Source: Muribaculaceae bacterium (GTDB lineage: Bacteria; Bacteroidota; Bacteroidia; Bacteroidales; Muribaculaceae). From it: a stretch of DNA of 64,000 nucleotides. Below the pieces are notes generated by a model, which was not told the DNA's origin, did no database searches, and was given only the letters and a program-made list of their open reading frames with translations. Below are positions 1 through 10,004 of the stretch, in pieces. The number at the start of each line of letters is the position of its first letter. The stretch's first letter is position 1. Location: positions 4,896-68,895 of the forward strand of contig JAIDNJ010000057.1 of the NCBI GenBank assembly GCA_029063895.1. The letters are read 5' to 3'. A program made the translations under genes and the position numbers.

Positions 1-398
1 CCGAAATGGCTGCCGACAAAGGTCTCATTCTTGTAGATACAAAATATGAATTTGGCAAGCGTGACGGCAAAGTGGTTCTTATCGACGAAATTCACACTCC
101 CGACTCGTCGCGCTATTTCTATGCCGATGGCTATATGGAGCGTTTTGAAAAAGGACTTCCCCAACGTCAGCTCTCAAAAGAATTTGTGCGTCAGTGGCTC
201 ATCGACAATGGCTTCATGGGTAAAGAAGGTCAGACAGTACCCGAGATGACCGATCAGTTCTGCAACGAGGTAAGCGACCGTTATATCGAACTTTATGAAC
301 ACGTTACCGGTCGTAAATTTGAAAAAGCTCCCGAACAGAACCTTGAGGCGCGTATCGAGTCAAATGTTCTCTCTTGCCTTGACCAACTTGCCCGCTGA
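1..398 (+). CDS. purC: Phosphoribosylaminoimidazole-succinocarboxamide (SAICAR) synthase, C-terminal part; the 5' end lies outside the window
   Basis: [11 protein letters not shown] and [12 protein letters not shown] are typical PurC motifs. The reading frame is open to the window edge. The stop TGA overlaps the next ATG (TGATG at 396-400). Confidence 0.9.
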   Translation, partial: EMAADKGLILVDTKYEFGKRDGKVVLIDEIHTPDSSRYFYADGYMERFEKGLPQRQLSKEFVRQWLIDNGFMGKEGQTVPEMTDQFCNEVSDRYIELYEHVTGRKFEKAPEQNLEARIESNVLSCLDQLAR

Positions 399-1141
399 TG
401 GAGGTAGGAGCTGAAAAAATAAATCCATATCACGGCGATACCCGTCCAAAGACCGATCAGGTGCGCGATATGTTTGATTCGATCGCGCCGGCCTATGACT
501 TCATGAACAGGGCCATGACATTTGGAGTGGACAAGTGGTGGCGTTCGGTTGCAGTCAAAATGATTTGCAAGGCCCGCCCCACCAACATTCTTGACATCGC
601 GACGGGTACAGCCGACCTTGCTATAAAATTGGCCGACAAAATTAATCCCGCTCATGTGACCGGGGTCGACTTGTCGGCCAATATGATTGAGATAGGAAAT
701 AAGAAAGTTGAAGAAAGAAATCTTGTCGACCGCATAGACCTGATGACGGCCGATTGTCTCGCGCTGCCATTTGATAATGATACATTTGACTGTATTACAG
801 TTGCCTATGGAGTGAGAAATTTTGAACATCTCGATCGTGGATATGCCGAGATGTTCCGCGTGATGAAACCGGGAGGCATGCTTGTGGTAATCGAGCTGTC
901 AACTCCGGTCAATCCGCTTGTGAAACCTTTCTATAAGCTTTATACCGGTCACATCATTCCGCTCGCCGGAAAAATAGTCTCAAAAGATGTGAGGGCCTAC
1001 TCCTATCTGCCCGAGAGCATAGCTGCCGTACCACAGGGCAACAATATGCTGTCGCTGATTGCTGGAGCCGGGTTTACCGACTGCCGATTCAAAACACTGA
1101 CATTTGGCACATGTTCGATATATTCGGCCAAAAAGCCTTAA
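398..1141 (+). CDS. ubiE: Demethylmenaquinone/ubiquinone C-methyltransferase (UbiE/MenG family)
   Basis: The N-terminal VRDMFDSIAPAYDFMNRAMTFG motif and the SAM-binding ILDIATGTADLA motif are present. The length of 247 aa fits the family. Confidence 0.9.
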   Translation: MEVGAEKINPYHGDTRPKTDQVRDMFDSIAPAYDFMNRAMTFGVDKWWRSVAVKMICKARPTNILDIATGTADLAIKLADKINPAHVTGVDLSANMIEIGNKKVEERNLVDRIDLMTADCLALPFDNDTFDCITVAYGVRNFEHLDRGYAEMFRVMKPGGMLVVIELSTPVNPLVKPFYKLYTGHIIPLAGKIVSKDVRAYSYLPESIAAVPQGNNMLSLIAGAGFTDCRFKTLTFGTCSIYSAKKP

Positions 1142-1184
1142 ACAAAATGTCATTATAACCGCTAACATTCACTATTGACGGTCA

Positions 1185-3017
1185 ATGAAAGATTTATTTG
1201 CGCTATTACGCCGGTTTGTTCCGCCTTATAAAAAATATTTGATCCTGAATATTGTATTTAATATTCTGGCTGCATTTCTCACCTTGTTCTCTTTTGCTGT
1301 GATTATACCCATCCTCGAGATGCTTTTCAAAGTTAAGGAGGCAGTCTATACCTACATGCCGCTTGGGTCAGGGTCAATAAAAGATGTAGTTTTCAACAAT
1401 TTCTATTATTTTACTCAGGAAGCTATAGAGCGGTGGGGCCAGTCAACAACACTCGCTTTGCTTGCCTTGGTCCTTGTTGTCATGACTGCTTTAAAGACAG
1501 GCGTTACATATTTGAGTTCCTATTTTATCATCCCGATGAGGTCGGGTATCGTGCGAGACATACGCAACTATGTTTTTGATAAAATAGTGTCACTTCCAAT
1601 ATCCTTTTTCACTTCCGAGCGAAAAGGCGATGTCATGGCCCGTATGAGTGGTGACGTTGCTGAAATAGAGAACTCGATAATGGCGTCACTCGATATGTTT
1701 TTCAAAAATCCGGTCATGATTATCGTTTGTCTGGTGATGATGATCTTGATTTCGTGGCAACTCACGGTTTTTGTATTGATATTGCTACCTATTGCCGGTT
1801 ACTTTATGGGTAAAATAGGCAAGAAACTCAAACGCAAATCGCTCGAGGGGCAAAACCAGTGGGGTGTGCTGATGTCAAATATTGAAGAATGTCTTGGCGG
1901 TCTCCGCGTTATTAAGGCTTTCAATGCCGAACAAAAAATAGAAGACCGCTTTCATCGCGAAAATCAGGTCTTTTATAATTTGTCAAACAAAATAGCGCGC
2001 CGACAGTCGCTTGCTCATCCTATGAGTGAATTTCTCGGCACTGTTGCGATTGCCATTGTGCTTTGGTTTGGCGGTTCACTCATTTTGGGGGGGTATTCAT
2101 CGATGAACGCCGCTTCGTTTATCTATTATATGGTCATTTTTTACAGCATCATCAATCCGGCCAAAGAGTTGTCAAAAGCTATGTATGCAATTCAAAAAGG
2201 ACTTGCATCAATGGAGCGCGTCGATAAAATTCTGGGAGCTAAAAATCCGATACAAGACCCGCCATCTCCGGTTATCATTGATAATTTCAAAGGCGATGTT
2301 GAGTATTCGGGAGTAACGTTCAGTTATGAAAGTTCACCTCATCCCGTGCTTCAGGATATTGACCTTCATATACCGGCCGGAGCGACTGTGGCTCTCGTTG
2401 GGCAATCAGGGTCGGGTAAATCGACACTTGCCGATCTGTTACCACGATTCTATGATGTTAAAAAGGGGGCGGTGAAAATCGACGGAATAGATATCAGAGA
2501 CCTCAAGGTACATGACCTACGCTCTTATATGGGTAATGTTAATCAGGAGGCCATACTCTTTAACGACACTTTTTACAATAATATAACTTTTGGTGTTAAA
2601 AACGCAACGATGGAACAGGTCGAGGAGGCCGCCCGCATCGCCAATGCCCATGATTTCATCATGGAGTCGGAAAACGGTTACGAGACAATGATTGGCGACC
2701 GCGGATGCCGACTCTCGGGAGGACAGCGTCAGCGTCTCTCGATAGCTCGAGCTATTCTTAAAAATCCCCCGTTGCTTATTCTTGATGAAGCTACATCGGC
2801 ACTCGATTCCGAGAGCGAGAAACTCGTTCAGGAGGCTCTCGACCGGTTAATGAAGAATCGAACTACTCTCGTCATTGCCCACCGACTGTCGACCATCCGC
2901 AACGCCGACCTCATTTGTGTGCTTCATGAAGGCCGCATTGTAGAACGTGGAACCCATGACGAGTTGTTCCGACTCGACGGGTATTACCGCCGTCTTGTCG
3001 ACATGCAAAAATTTTAA
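1185..3017 (+). CDS. ABC transporter, fused permease/ATP-binding protein (MsbA-like exporter)
   Basis: The N-terminal half is a TM domain. It carries Walker A GQSGSGKST, the ABC signature LSGGQRQR and Walker B LLILDEATSALD. Confidence 0.9.
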   Translation: MKDLFALLRRFVPPYKKYLILNIVFNILAAFLTLFSFAVIIPILEMLFKVKEAVYTYMPLGSGSIKDVVFNNFYYFTQEAIERWGQSTTLALLALVLVVMTALKTGVTYLSSYFIIPMRSGIVRDIRNYVFDKIVSLPISFFTSERKGDVMARMSGDVAEIENSIMASLDMFFKNPVMIIVCLVMMILISWQLTVFVLILLPIAGYFMGKIGKKLKRKSLEGQNQWGVLMSNIEECLGGLRVIKAFNAEQKIEDRFHRENQVFYNLSNKIARRQSLAHPMSEFLGTVAIAIVLWFGGSLILGGYSSMNAASFIYYMVIFYSIINPAKELSKAMYAIQKGLASMERVDKILGAKNPIQDPPSPVIIDNFKGDVEYSGVTFSYESSPHPVLQDIDLHIPAGATVALVGQSGSGKSTLADLLPRFYDVKKGAVKIDGIDIRDLKVHDLRSYMGNVNQEAILFNDTFYNNITFGVKNATMEQVEEAARIANAHDFIMESENGYETMIGDRGCRLSGGQRQRLSIARAILKNPPLLILDEATSALDSESEKLVQEALDRLMKNRTTLVIAHRLSTIRNADLICVLHEGRIVERGTHDELFRLDGYYRRLVDMQKF

Positions 3018-3045
3018 AAAATCAAAACTGATATTTGATATACAA

Positions 3046-4314
3046 ATGAAACGAAGCGACTTTGAAATAATGGCTCCTGTCGGGAGTTACGAATCGCTCT
3101 CGGCCGCGATAAATGCCGGTGCCGATGCCGTTTATTTTGGAGTGGAGGGACTCAATATGCGCTCCAAATCGAGTGTCAATTTTACCCTCGATGACCTCCA
3201 CAACATATCGGAAATTTGCACACGCGCCGGCGTCAAATCTTATCTTACGGTCAACACTATCGTCTATGATGACGAGACAGATAAACTCCACAGTGTCATT
3301 GACGCGGTGGCCAATTCCGGCATATCGGCCATCATCGCCTCAGACATCGCTGCAATCCTTTATGCACGCAGCAAGGGAGTCGAGGTTCATATCTCCACAC
3401 AATGTAACATTTCAAATACCGAGGCTGTCAGATATTATTCTCAGTTTGCCGATGTTGTTGTACTAGCCCGAGAACTGTCACTCGACAAGGTTGCAGCCAT
3501 ATCAAAAGCTATTGACGATGAAAATATTTGCGGGCCTTCTGGACGTAAGGTGAGGATTGAGATGTTTTGCCACGGTGCGCTGTGTATGGCGGTGTCGGGT
3601 AAGTGTTATCTGTCACTTCACGAAATGAATTCGAGTGCCAACCGGGGTGCCTGTACCCAGATTTGCCGTCGAGGATATACTGTCCGCGACCGTGAGACCG
3701 GTGACGAGCTTGCTGTTGAAAACAAGTATATCATGTCGCCCAAAGATCTCAAGACAATTCATTTTCTCAATAAAATGATTGATGCCGGGGTCTCGGTGTT
3801 TAAAATCGAAGGTCGTGCCCGCGGACCCGAGTATGTCGATACTACTGTAAGAGCATATTCCGAGGCGCTTCAGGCTATATGTGACGGAGCGTATACCGAC
3901 GAACGTATTGCCGGCTGGGACGAAAGCCTTGCCAAAGTATTTAACCGTGGATTTTGGGATGGATATTATCTTGGTCAGCGTCTTGGCGAATGGTCTTCAA
4001 AATATGGATCGTCGGCTACCAGAACAAAAGTATATGCGGCCAAAGGCATCCGTTATTTCTCCAATATAGGTGTGGCCGAGTTTCAGATGGAATCGGGTAG
4101 ACTGAATGTGGGTGATGAGATTGTCATCACTGGTCCAACAACCGGAGCGATTATAATGACGGTTAATGAGATTAGAGTCGATCTAAAACCGGTTGACCAT
4201 GCTCGCAAAGGTGACCGCTTTTCAATTAAAGTCGATTCAAAAATCAGACCGAGCGACCGGCTGTATATCTGGAAAGAAACAGCCGCTGATGTGTCCCAAA
4301 ACAATAAACCCTGA
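3046..4314 (+). CDS. Peptidase U32 family protein
   Basis: The U32 signature EMFCHGALCMAVSGKCYLS is present. ATG at 3046 (MKRSDFEIMAPVGS) was chosen over the track start at 2947, which overlaps the upstream ABC gene. Confidence 0.85.
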   Translation: MKRSDFEIMAPVGSYESLSAAINAGADAVYFGVEGLNMRSKSSVNFTLDDLHNISEICTRAGVKSYLTVNTIVYDDETDKLHSVIDAVANSGISAIIASDIAAILYARSKGVEVHISTQCNISNTEAVRYYSQFADVVVLARELSLDKVAAISKAIDDENICGPSGRKVRIEMFCHGALCMAVSGKCYLSLHEMNSSANRGACTQICRRGYTVRDRETGDELAVENKYIMSPKDLKTIHFLNKMIDAGVSVFKIEGRARGPEYVDTTVRAYSEALQAICDGAYTDERIAGWDESLAKVFNRGFWDGYYLGQRLGEWSSKYGSSATRTKVYAAKGIRYFSNIGVAEFQMESGRLNVGDEIVITGPTTGAIIMTVNEIRVDLKPVDHARKGDRFSIKVDSKIRPSDRLYIWKETAADVSQNNKP

Positions 4315-4318
4315 GAGG

Positions 4319-5116
4319 ATGAAAAGGGTCTTCTTATATAGCATAATAGCAGCTTTCTTGTTAACGGCTTGCTCGACGTCGCGATCGTCATTAACCTATT
4401 TTGAGGATATTGATAAGGCTACAAAATCGTTTGATGTCGATACGGCTCAACTTGTTATCGCGCCACATGACGAGCTGTTGATTTCTGTAACATCTTTTGT
4501 TCCTGAAGCAACAGCCCAATATAATTTACCTCCGACTAACATGTCGACAACCGAAAGCACTCAGATTTCATCAGCTTATGCTATCTCGACCTATGTAGTG
4601 AATCCTGCCGGTTATATCGACATTCCTTCAATCGGTCTACTGAAAGTAGAAGGGATGACAACAACACAGCTTACCGACTCGCTCGTGAGACTAATATCAA
4701 AAGAGGTTGTCGATCCAAACGTAAGAGTTCAGTTGGTCAATTTTGCGGTAAATGTTATTGGTGAAGTAAAAAATCCCGGACATTTCAAACTCAACTCCGA
4801 GCGTGTGTCTATTTTTGATGCTATTGCAATGGCAGGTGACCTGACAGAATATGGTCGTCGCGATGCGGTAATACTCATCAGGGAAACCGATGGCAAACGA
4901 ACCGTTCATAAACTGAATCTGAACAGTGCTGATATTCTTGACTCGCCTTACTATTACTTGCAACAGAACGATGTGGTTTATATCGAACCAAACAAGATAA
5001 GGCAGGACAATTCAAAATATAACCAGAACAATGCCTACAAGCTGTCGCTGACTTCAACTATTGTCAGTGTTGCCTCGGTTATTGCTTCTCTGATAATTGC
5101 CATCATTATCAAGTAA
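4319..5116 (+). CDS. Polysaccharide export outer-membrane lipoprotein (Wza/Poly_export-SLBB type)
   Basis: There is a lipoprotein signal MKRVFLYSIIAAFLLTAC, and a GEVKNPGHF SLBB-like motif. ATG at 4319 was chosen over the overlapping track start at 4193. Confidence 0.85.
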   Translation: MKRVFLYSIIAAFLLTACSTSRSSLTYFEDIDKATKSFDVDTAQLVIAPHDELLISVTSFVPEATAQYNLPPTNMSTTESTQISSAYAISTYVVNPAGYIDIPSIGLLKVEGMTTTQLTDSLVRLISKEVVDPNVRVQLVNFAVNVIGEVKNPGHFKLNSERVSIFDAIAMAGDLTEYGRRDAVILIRETDGKRTVHKLNLNSADILDSPYYYLQQNDVVYIEPNKIRQDNSKYNQNNAYKLSLTSTIVSVASVIASLIIAIIIK

Positions 5117-5127
5117 AAAATATTAAG

Positions 5128-7428
5128 ATGAACAACCAGCAAGACACGAGTGATCGAATCCAGTTGCGTCCCATACTCATACAGTGGTGGAAGGCAAAAT
5201 GGTGGTTTGTCGTGTCGGTCGTTGTGTGCTTGGCTACAACCTTTCTATATTGCAAGGTCAGGACTGAAAAATATTCGGTACACGCCAGTCTGCTCATCGA
5301 GGATGATGACAAACAGAATCTTGGCGAAATATCGTTGACCGATATTTTTGGTGCAAAAGGTAATGTGAATGACGAGCGTTTCATTATTTCATCCCATGCA
5401 CTGTTACGTGAGGTGGTGTCAAGTCTTGGTCTTGAGCGTGCCCGCTTTGTAGCTCGTGACTGGACCGGAATGAAGATGGCCTATATGGAATATCCGGTCG
5501 ATGTCGTGCTCCCTGCCGGAATGGCTGATACGCTACGTCAATCGATTGAATTTAAAATAAAAGTAAACGGGCAGGGAGCAGTGAAAGTCTCGGCCCGGCT
5601 AAATGGTGATAAGATTGCGACTGTCAAGAATGACTCCATGCCCGTGACCGTTTCTACACCATGTGGTGAATTTTTGATAGAGCCGACACCATTCTTTAGC
5701 AAGGGTCAGGAAGTATCCGAAAAAATATGTGTCGAGGGTTATGATGCTGCCGCCGAGGCATTGATGGAAGATATCAATATAGATTTGGCTTCAAAAAAAT
5801 CAAATGTCATAAAGATTTCGATGCCAACGCCCGACATTTACTATGCCCGGGATATTATCAACACGCTTGTAGAGAGATACAATATCCGATCAGTTACGCG
5901 TCGTAACGAAGAAGGTAATAGAACTATCTCATTTATTGATTCGAGACTCGAATTGCTATCGGGTGACCTTGCCGAAACTGAAGCTGAGGCCGAAGCCTTC
6001 AAAAAGAGCCGTAACATTGCCGATATTGCGGGTGAAGCCGAATATCAGACACTGAAAAAAGGTAAAACCGAGCAAAATCTTATCGAAGCCGAGACCGAGG
6101 CTGAGATTCTGAAAATGGCACGTGATTTCCTTTCATCTCCGGCAAATGCCTACCAGCTTTTACCGGCATCTATTGACAACAAACCGTTACAGGAGACTAT
6201 TGACCAGTATAATAAATTAATTCTGAAGAGAATTAATCTTGCCAAGAATGCTTTGCCTGGCAATCGTCAGCTTTCAAGACTTTCAGAACAGATAGATGCG
6301 ATGAGAGCTAATATAATAACATCGGTTTCGCGGGCCTATGACAGTCGTATGGTGGCGGTAAACCAGTTGAAATCAGAGTTTGGGGCCGCTCAGGCAAAAC
6401 TCGGCGATATTCCGGCTCAGGAGCGTGGTTTCCGCGATATTTCACGACGTCAGGCTGTAAAAGAGAAACTATATCTGTTTCTGTTGCAAAATCGCGAGCA
6501 AACAGCGATGATGCTTGCCAATGCCACTCCAAAAGGTGTGGTTATTGACGAGGCTTATGCGCTCAACGAACCGTTGACGATGAAAAAGAGATATATTTAT
6601 CTCATAGCACTCGTCATCGGTCTCATGTTGCCACCTATAGTGATTGCGGTAAGAAATATTCTGCGAAACAAGTTTACGACTTTGGATGAACTTCGTTCAC
6701 TCACTTCATTGCCCGTGCTCGGCGAGATTTCATTATCACGATCAAAGTCTCCGCTGGTAGTCTACAAGGGAGCTGACACTTCGGTTGCCGAGCTGTTCAG
6801 ACTTATCAGAAGTCATCTCGAATTTATTTTGCCGTCACAAGAGAGCAACACCTTGCTTGTGACATCGACAAGCTCTGGTGAGGGTAAATCCTTCATCTCT
6901 ATAAATTTGGCGGCAACACTCGCGCTTACGGGTAAAAAAGTGCTCGTGGTCGGTGCTGACATTCGCAAACCTCGCTTGGGTACTTATCTGTCAATTGAGT
7001 CAAGTCGTACTCATCCGGGTCTTACGTCTTATGTATCAAATCAGTCGCTGACGGTTAACGAGATTATATTCAAATCAAATGAAAAGATACCGTTTGATAT
7101 CATCCTGTCAGGTCCGGTGCCTCCCAATCCGGCCGAGTTGCTGTTAAATCCACGTCTCGACACTCTATTCAAGCACCTGTCGGAAATATATGATTATATA
7201 ATCATTGACTCGGCTCCTGTTGGAATGGTGAGCGATACATTTACTCTCGACCGACTGGCGGCTGCAACTATCTATGTTTGTCGTGCCGATTTCACAACTT
7301 TTGAAGACATCCGATTTGTCGAACGTATCGCTGAGGAAAACCGTCTAAAAAATCCGGCTGTAATTCTTAACGGAACAAAGTCGAAAAAGGGGTATGGATA
7401 TGGTTATTCTGATAATAAGGTCGATTGA
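5128..7428 (+). CDS. Chain-length determinant / tyrosine autokinase (Wzc-like)
   Basis: The N-terminus is a Wzz-type TM plus coiled-coil region. The C-terminal P-loop is TSSGEGKSF, followed by a Tyr-rich tail KKGYGYGYSD. Confidence 0.85.
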   Translation: MNNQQDTSDRIQLRPILIQWWKAKWWFVVSVVVCLATTFLYCKVRTEKYSVHASLLIEDDDKQNLGEISLTDIFGAKGNVNDERFIISSHALLREVVSSLGLERARFVARDWTGMKMAYMEYPVDVVLPAGMADTLRQSIEFKIKVNGQGAVKVSARLNGDKIATVKNDSMPVTVSTPCGEFLIEPTPFFSKGQEVSEKICVEGYDAAAEALMEDINIDLASKKSNVIKISMPTPDIYYARDIINTLVERYNIRSVTRRNEEGNRTISFIDSRLELLSGDLAETEAEAEAFKKSRNIADIAGEAEYQTLKKGKTEQNLIEAETEAEILKMARDFLSSPANAYQLLPASIDNKPLQETIDQYNKLILKRINLAKNALPGNRQLSRLSEQIDAMRANIITSVSRAYDSRMVAVNQLKSEFGAAQAKLGDIPAQERGFRDISRRQAVKEKLYLFLLQNREQTAMMLANATPKGVVIDEAYALNEPLTMKKRYIYLIALVIGLMLPPIVIAVRNILRNKFTTLDELRSLTSLPVLGEISLSRSKSPLVVYKGADTSVAELFRLIRSHLEFILPSQESNTLLVTSTSSGEGKSFISINLAATLALTGKKVLVVGADIRKPRLGTYLSIESSRTHPGLTSYVSNQSLTVNEIIFKSNEKIPFDIILSGPVPPNPAELLLNPRLDTLFKHLSEIYDYIIIDSAPVGMVSDTFTLDRLAAATIYVCRADFTTFEDIRFVERIAEENRLKNPAVILNGTKSKKGYGYGYSDNKVD

Positions 7429-7430
7429 TT

Positions 7431-8879
7431 ATGAGTGTCGCCCCGGTCAGCAGTCAAATTAGTGAAAGTAACAATGTATCACGACGATTTTCGGCTTCGT
7501 GGCGTCAATATGTGTCGGCTGGAATATATCTTTTTGCGCTCTCACTGTATGGCCTCGATTTTTATCCCGCCATTCTTCTCATTTTCTTCCTGCTAATTGA
7601 CAGCTGGAATTCAAATCGGGTAGAGTTTGTGTTGAGGTTTACACTCTTGGCCGGTTGTTATGGATTTACAGCACCAGACCGCGGGTTTCCGGTAAAGCCG
7701 TCAGATGTTGTACTGATGTTGTCTTTTATTGCTTTTCTTTTTTATCGCAAAAGGGGAGTAGTGATGAAGATAACTGTCGCGATTGCACTTTATATTTTTT
7801 TTATCCTCGGTTTGGCCATGTTGTCCGATGAATCAATGTCGATACAGATTTTACAGATTAGAAATTATTTGTCGATAATCTATCTGTTTTTTGTACTCTA
7901 TGTGTGGGCCGATTATGAGTTTGATATCAAGATATTATGGCATCTCGCTATTGTGTATTCACTTGTTGTGTGTTGTTTTTATATCATTGACGGATTTATA
8001 CTCAGCGGATACGCCTTTATACCCAACACGGTAATATTCAGTGATGATACATCATATTTCTATGACCTTAACTGGGCTCCTTTTTCGTTACGTTTTCCAC
8101 GAAAATATCCTCCGGGACTGTATTTAATGGCACTTGCGGTCTATCCGGTGGCGCGATATGAGAGGCTATCGGTATGGCAGTGGGTGATTGTATTCCTGGC
8201 ATTGTTTGCTTGCCGAACAATGACCTTCATCGCGGCTCTTGTGGTCACCTATATTGTGTCGGCAGGATTGACACGACGTTTTATCAGATACTGTCTGTTG
8301 GCTATTATTTGTTTACCATTGTTCTTTATTGCCGACCGTCTATCAGGCAATCATCTGCGTATAGCCTCAACCGTAGACCAGTTTGTTAATTTTACTATGC
8401 CCGAGGAACAGATAGACGGTGAACAAGTCGAGGGGCTTGTTACATTTGGGTCGGGCCGACTTGAGCAGATTATCCCCAAAATTTATCATCAGATAGAATC
8501 TGGCAAGTTACTGACTGGTTTCGGCTTCTTGCATCCTCAAAAGACAACCGCTTCACAGTTTATAATCGACAATCCGCTTTATTCCGATATTGCATCATCT
8601 GAGGAGGTTGTTACCGGTGTTGAGGTTACCCAGATTCAAACAATTCTTGATATTGGAATTATAGGGTTCATTATCCAGACGCTATTTTTCATCTATCTGT
8701 ATAGGATTGTAAGGAATCAAAGAGAAAGTTTCTATTTCGGGTCAACTCTTGTCATCTTTTTTATAGCCGGTCTCGGCGGTTTTTCGGGCTGGATATTTTA
8801 TCAATCGCTTTTCTTGATATCGATTTCATTGGCGGCGGTGATATGTTATAATAAACATTATAAACAGTTGAGACAATGA
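7431..8879 (+). CDS. Polytopic membrane protein, O-antigen polymerase/ligase-like (Wzy-type)
   Basis: Many hydrophobic helices and its position between Wzc and a glycosyltransferase support the call. The track start at 7425 is TTG, so ATG at 7431 is preferred. Confidence 0.6.
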   Translation: MSVAPVSSQISESNNVSRRFSASWRQYVSAGIYLFALSLYGLDFYPAILLIFFLLIDSWNSNRVEFVLRFTLLAGCYGFTAPDRGFPVKPSDVVLMLSFIAFLFYRKRGVVMKITVAIALYIFFILGLAMLSDESMSIQILQIRNYLSIIYLFFVLYVWADYEFDIKILWHLAIVYSLVVCCFYIIDGFILSGYAFIPNTVIFSDDTSYFYDLNWAPFSLRFPRKYPPGLYLMALAVYPVARYERLSVWQWVIVFLALFACRTMTFIAALVVTYIVSAGLTRRFIRYCLLAIICLPLFFIADRLSGNHLRIASTVDQFVNFTMPEEQIDGEQVEGLVTFGSGRLEQIIPKIYHQIESGKLLTGFGFLHPQKTTASQFIIDNPLYSDIASSEEVVTGVEVTQIQTILDIGIIGFIIQTLFFIYLYRIVRNQRESFYFGSTLVIFFIAGLGGFSGWIFYQSLFLISISLAAVICYNKHYKQLRQ

Positions 8880-9916
8880 ATATTGTACACGTCATATTCA
8901 ACATGAGACCGGGAGGGATGGAACATTTTCTATCCGATTTGGTTGATATCCAAAGCAGTTCGGACGATAATGTGTCGGTAATTGTGGTCAACCGCGACAA
9001 CGATGACAAGCTCATGAACAGAATATCATCAAGATGTAATGTCATCGAGATAAATCGTACCGAGGGGAGCTTTAACCCATGGTATGCCATAAAATTGAAC
9101 CGAATACTCGGGCAACTTACTCCCGATGTTGTCAATGTTCATTGCCGTCGGTTGATGGGAATGATTGTAAAGCGCAAAAAGGTGAGATATGTCTTTACTT
9201 GTCACGATATGCTTGAACCGTTGGGTTTTGCCAGCCGTGCCGATTATTTTATCTCGGTGAGTGAGGCGGTTGCGGGGTGGATGAAAGAGAGTTTCGGAGT
9301 TGAATCTGAAGTTATCAATAATGGCATTCAGACTGATGAAATAAAGAAACGTTGCGATAGACCATTGGGTAATCCTATCAAACTCGTTACTATAGCTCGT
9401 CTTGACCACACTGTTAAAGGTCAGCATATACTTTTGGAAGCACTTGCCTCGATGCGTTGCCTCGATTTTTGTCTCGATTTGATTGGCGACGGACCATCAC
9501 GCGTATATATTGAAAAACTTGCCGAAGGTTTAGGTATCGGTTCACGTGTCCGATTCATGTTAAATGTTGAACGTAGGGAACTTTACGGCAGATTGAATCA
9601 ATATGATATCTTTATCCTTCCCTCATTAAACGAAGCATTTTCAATAGCGCTTGCCGAGGCTCTTGCAGCATCGCTTCCTGTGATTGTCTCCAATCTTGAT
9701 GGTCCGATGACTGTAATTGATAAGGGAGATTATGGTTTGGTTTTCACTCCCGGTGACTCTCATGACCTTGCTTGCAAAATCAGTGAAATTGTCAATAATT
9801 ATTCTCTCGCTTTTTCACGTGCTCGTCATGGCTCTGAGTTTGTCAAGTTATCATTTGATATCACGCGAACTACTGCTCGTTATCGACAATTTTACAAAAA
9901 AATTGTGTGTTCATAA
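8876..9916 (+). CDS. Glycosyltransferase family 4 (GT-B fold)
   Basis: The C-terminal region ILPSLNEAFSIALAEALAASLPVIVSN matches the GT4 E-x7-E region. An ATGA start/stop overlap links it to the upstream gene. Confidence 0.85.
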   Translation: MNIVHVIFNMRPGGMEHFLSDLVDIQSSSDDNVSVIVVNRDNDDKLMNRISSRCNVIEINRTEGSFNPWYAIKLNRILGQLTPDVVNVHCRRLMGMIVKRKKVRYVFTCHDMLEPLGFASRADYFISVSEAVAGWMKESFGVESEVINNGIQTDEIKKRCDRPLGNPIKLVTIARLDHTVKGQHILLEALASMRCLDFCLDLIGDGPSRVYIEKLAEGLGIGSRVRFMLNVERRELYGRLNQYDIFILPSLNEAFSIALAEALAASLPVIVSNLDGPMTVIDKGDYGLVFTPGDSHDLACKISEIVNNYSLAFSRARHGSEFVKLSFDITRTTARYRQFYKKIVCS

Positions 9917-9978
9917 TTTAATCGATAGATAAAATACTTTTTGTAATACCTGACTCATAAATTGAGATACACAATCTT

Positions 9979-9986
9979 TATCTTTG
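9979..9986 (+). promoter_or_regulatory. Candidate Bacteroidota -7 promoter box (TATCTTTG)
   Basis: Matches TAnnTTTG and lies 19 nt upstream of the ATG at 10005. Confidence 0.35.
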
Positions 9987-10004
9987 TAAAATCCAGACAG
10001 ACTT

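Noticed and set aside
2947-3045. N-terminal extensions offered by the ORF track. These cover 2947, 4193, 7425, 12626, 17019, 22728, 30702, 32164, 32209, 35243 and 56208.
   Set aside because: Several begin with TTG or GTG, overlap the upstream gene, or contain a TAnnTTTG promoter box within the extension. A downstream ATG gives a sensible N-terminus in each case (signal peptide or conserved start). Start choices remain predictions.
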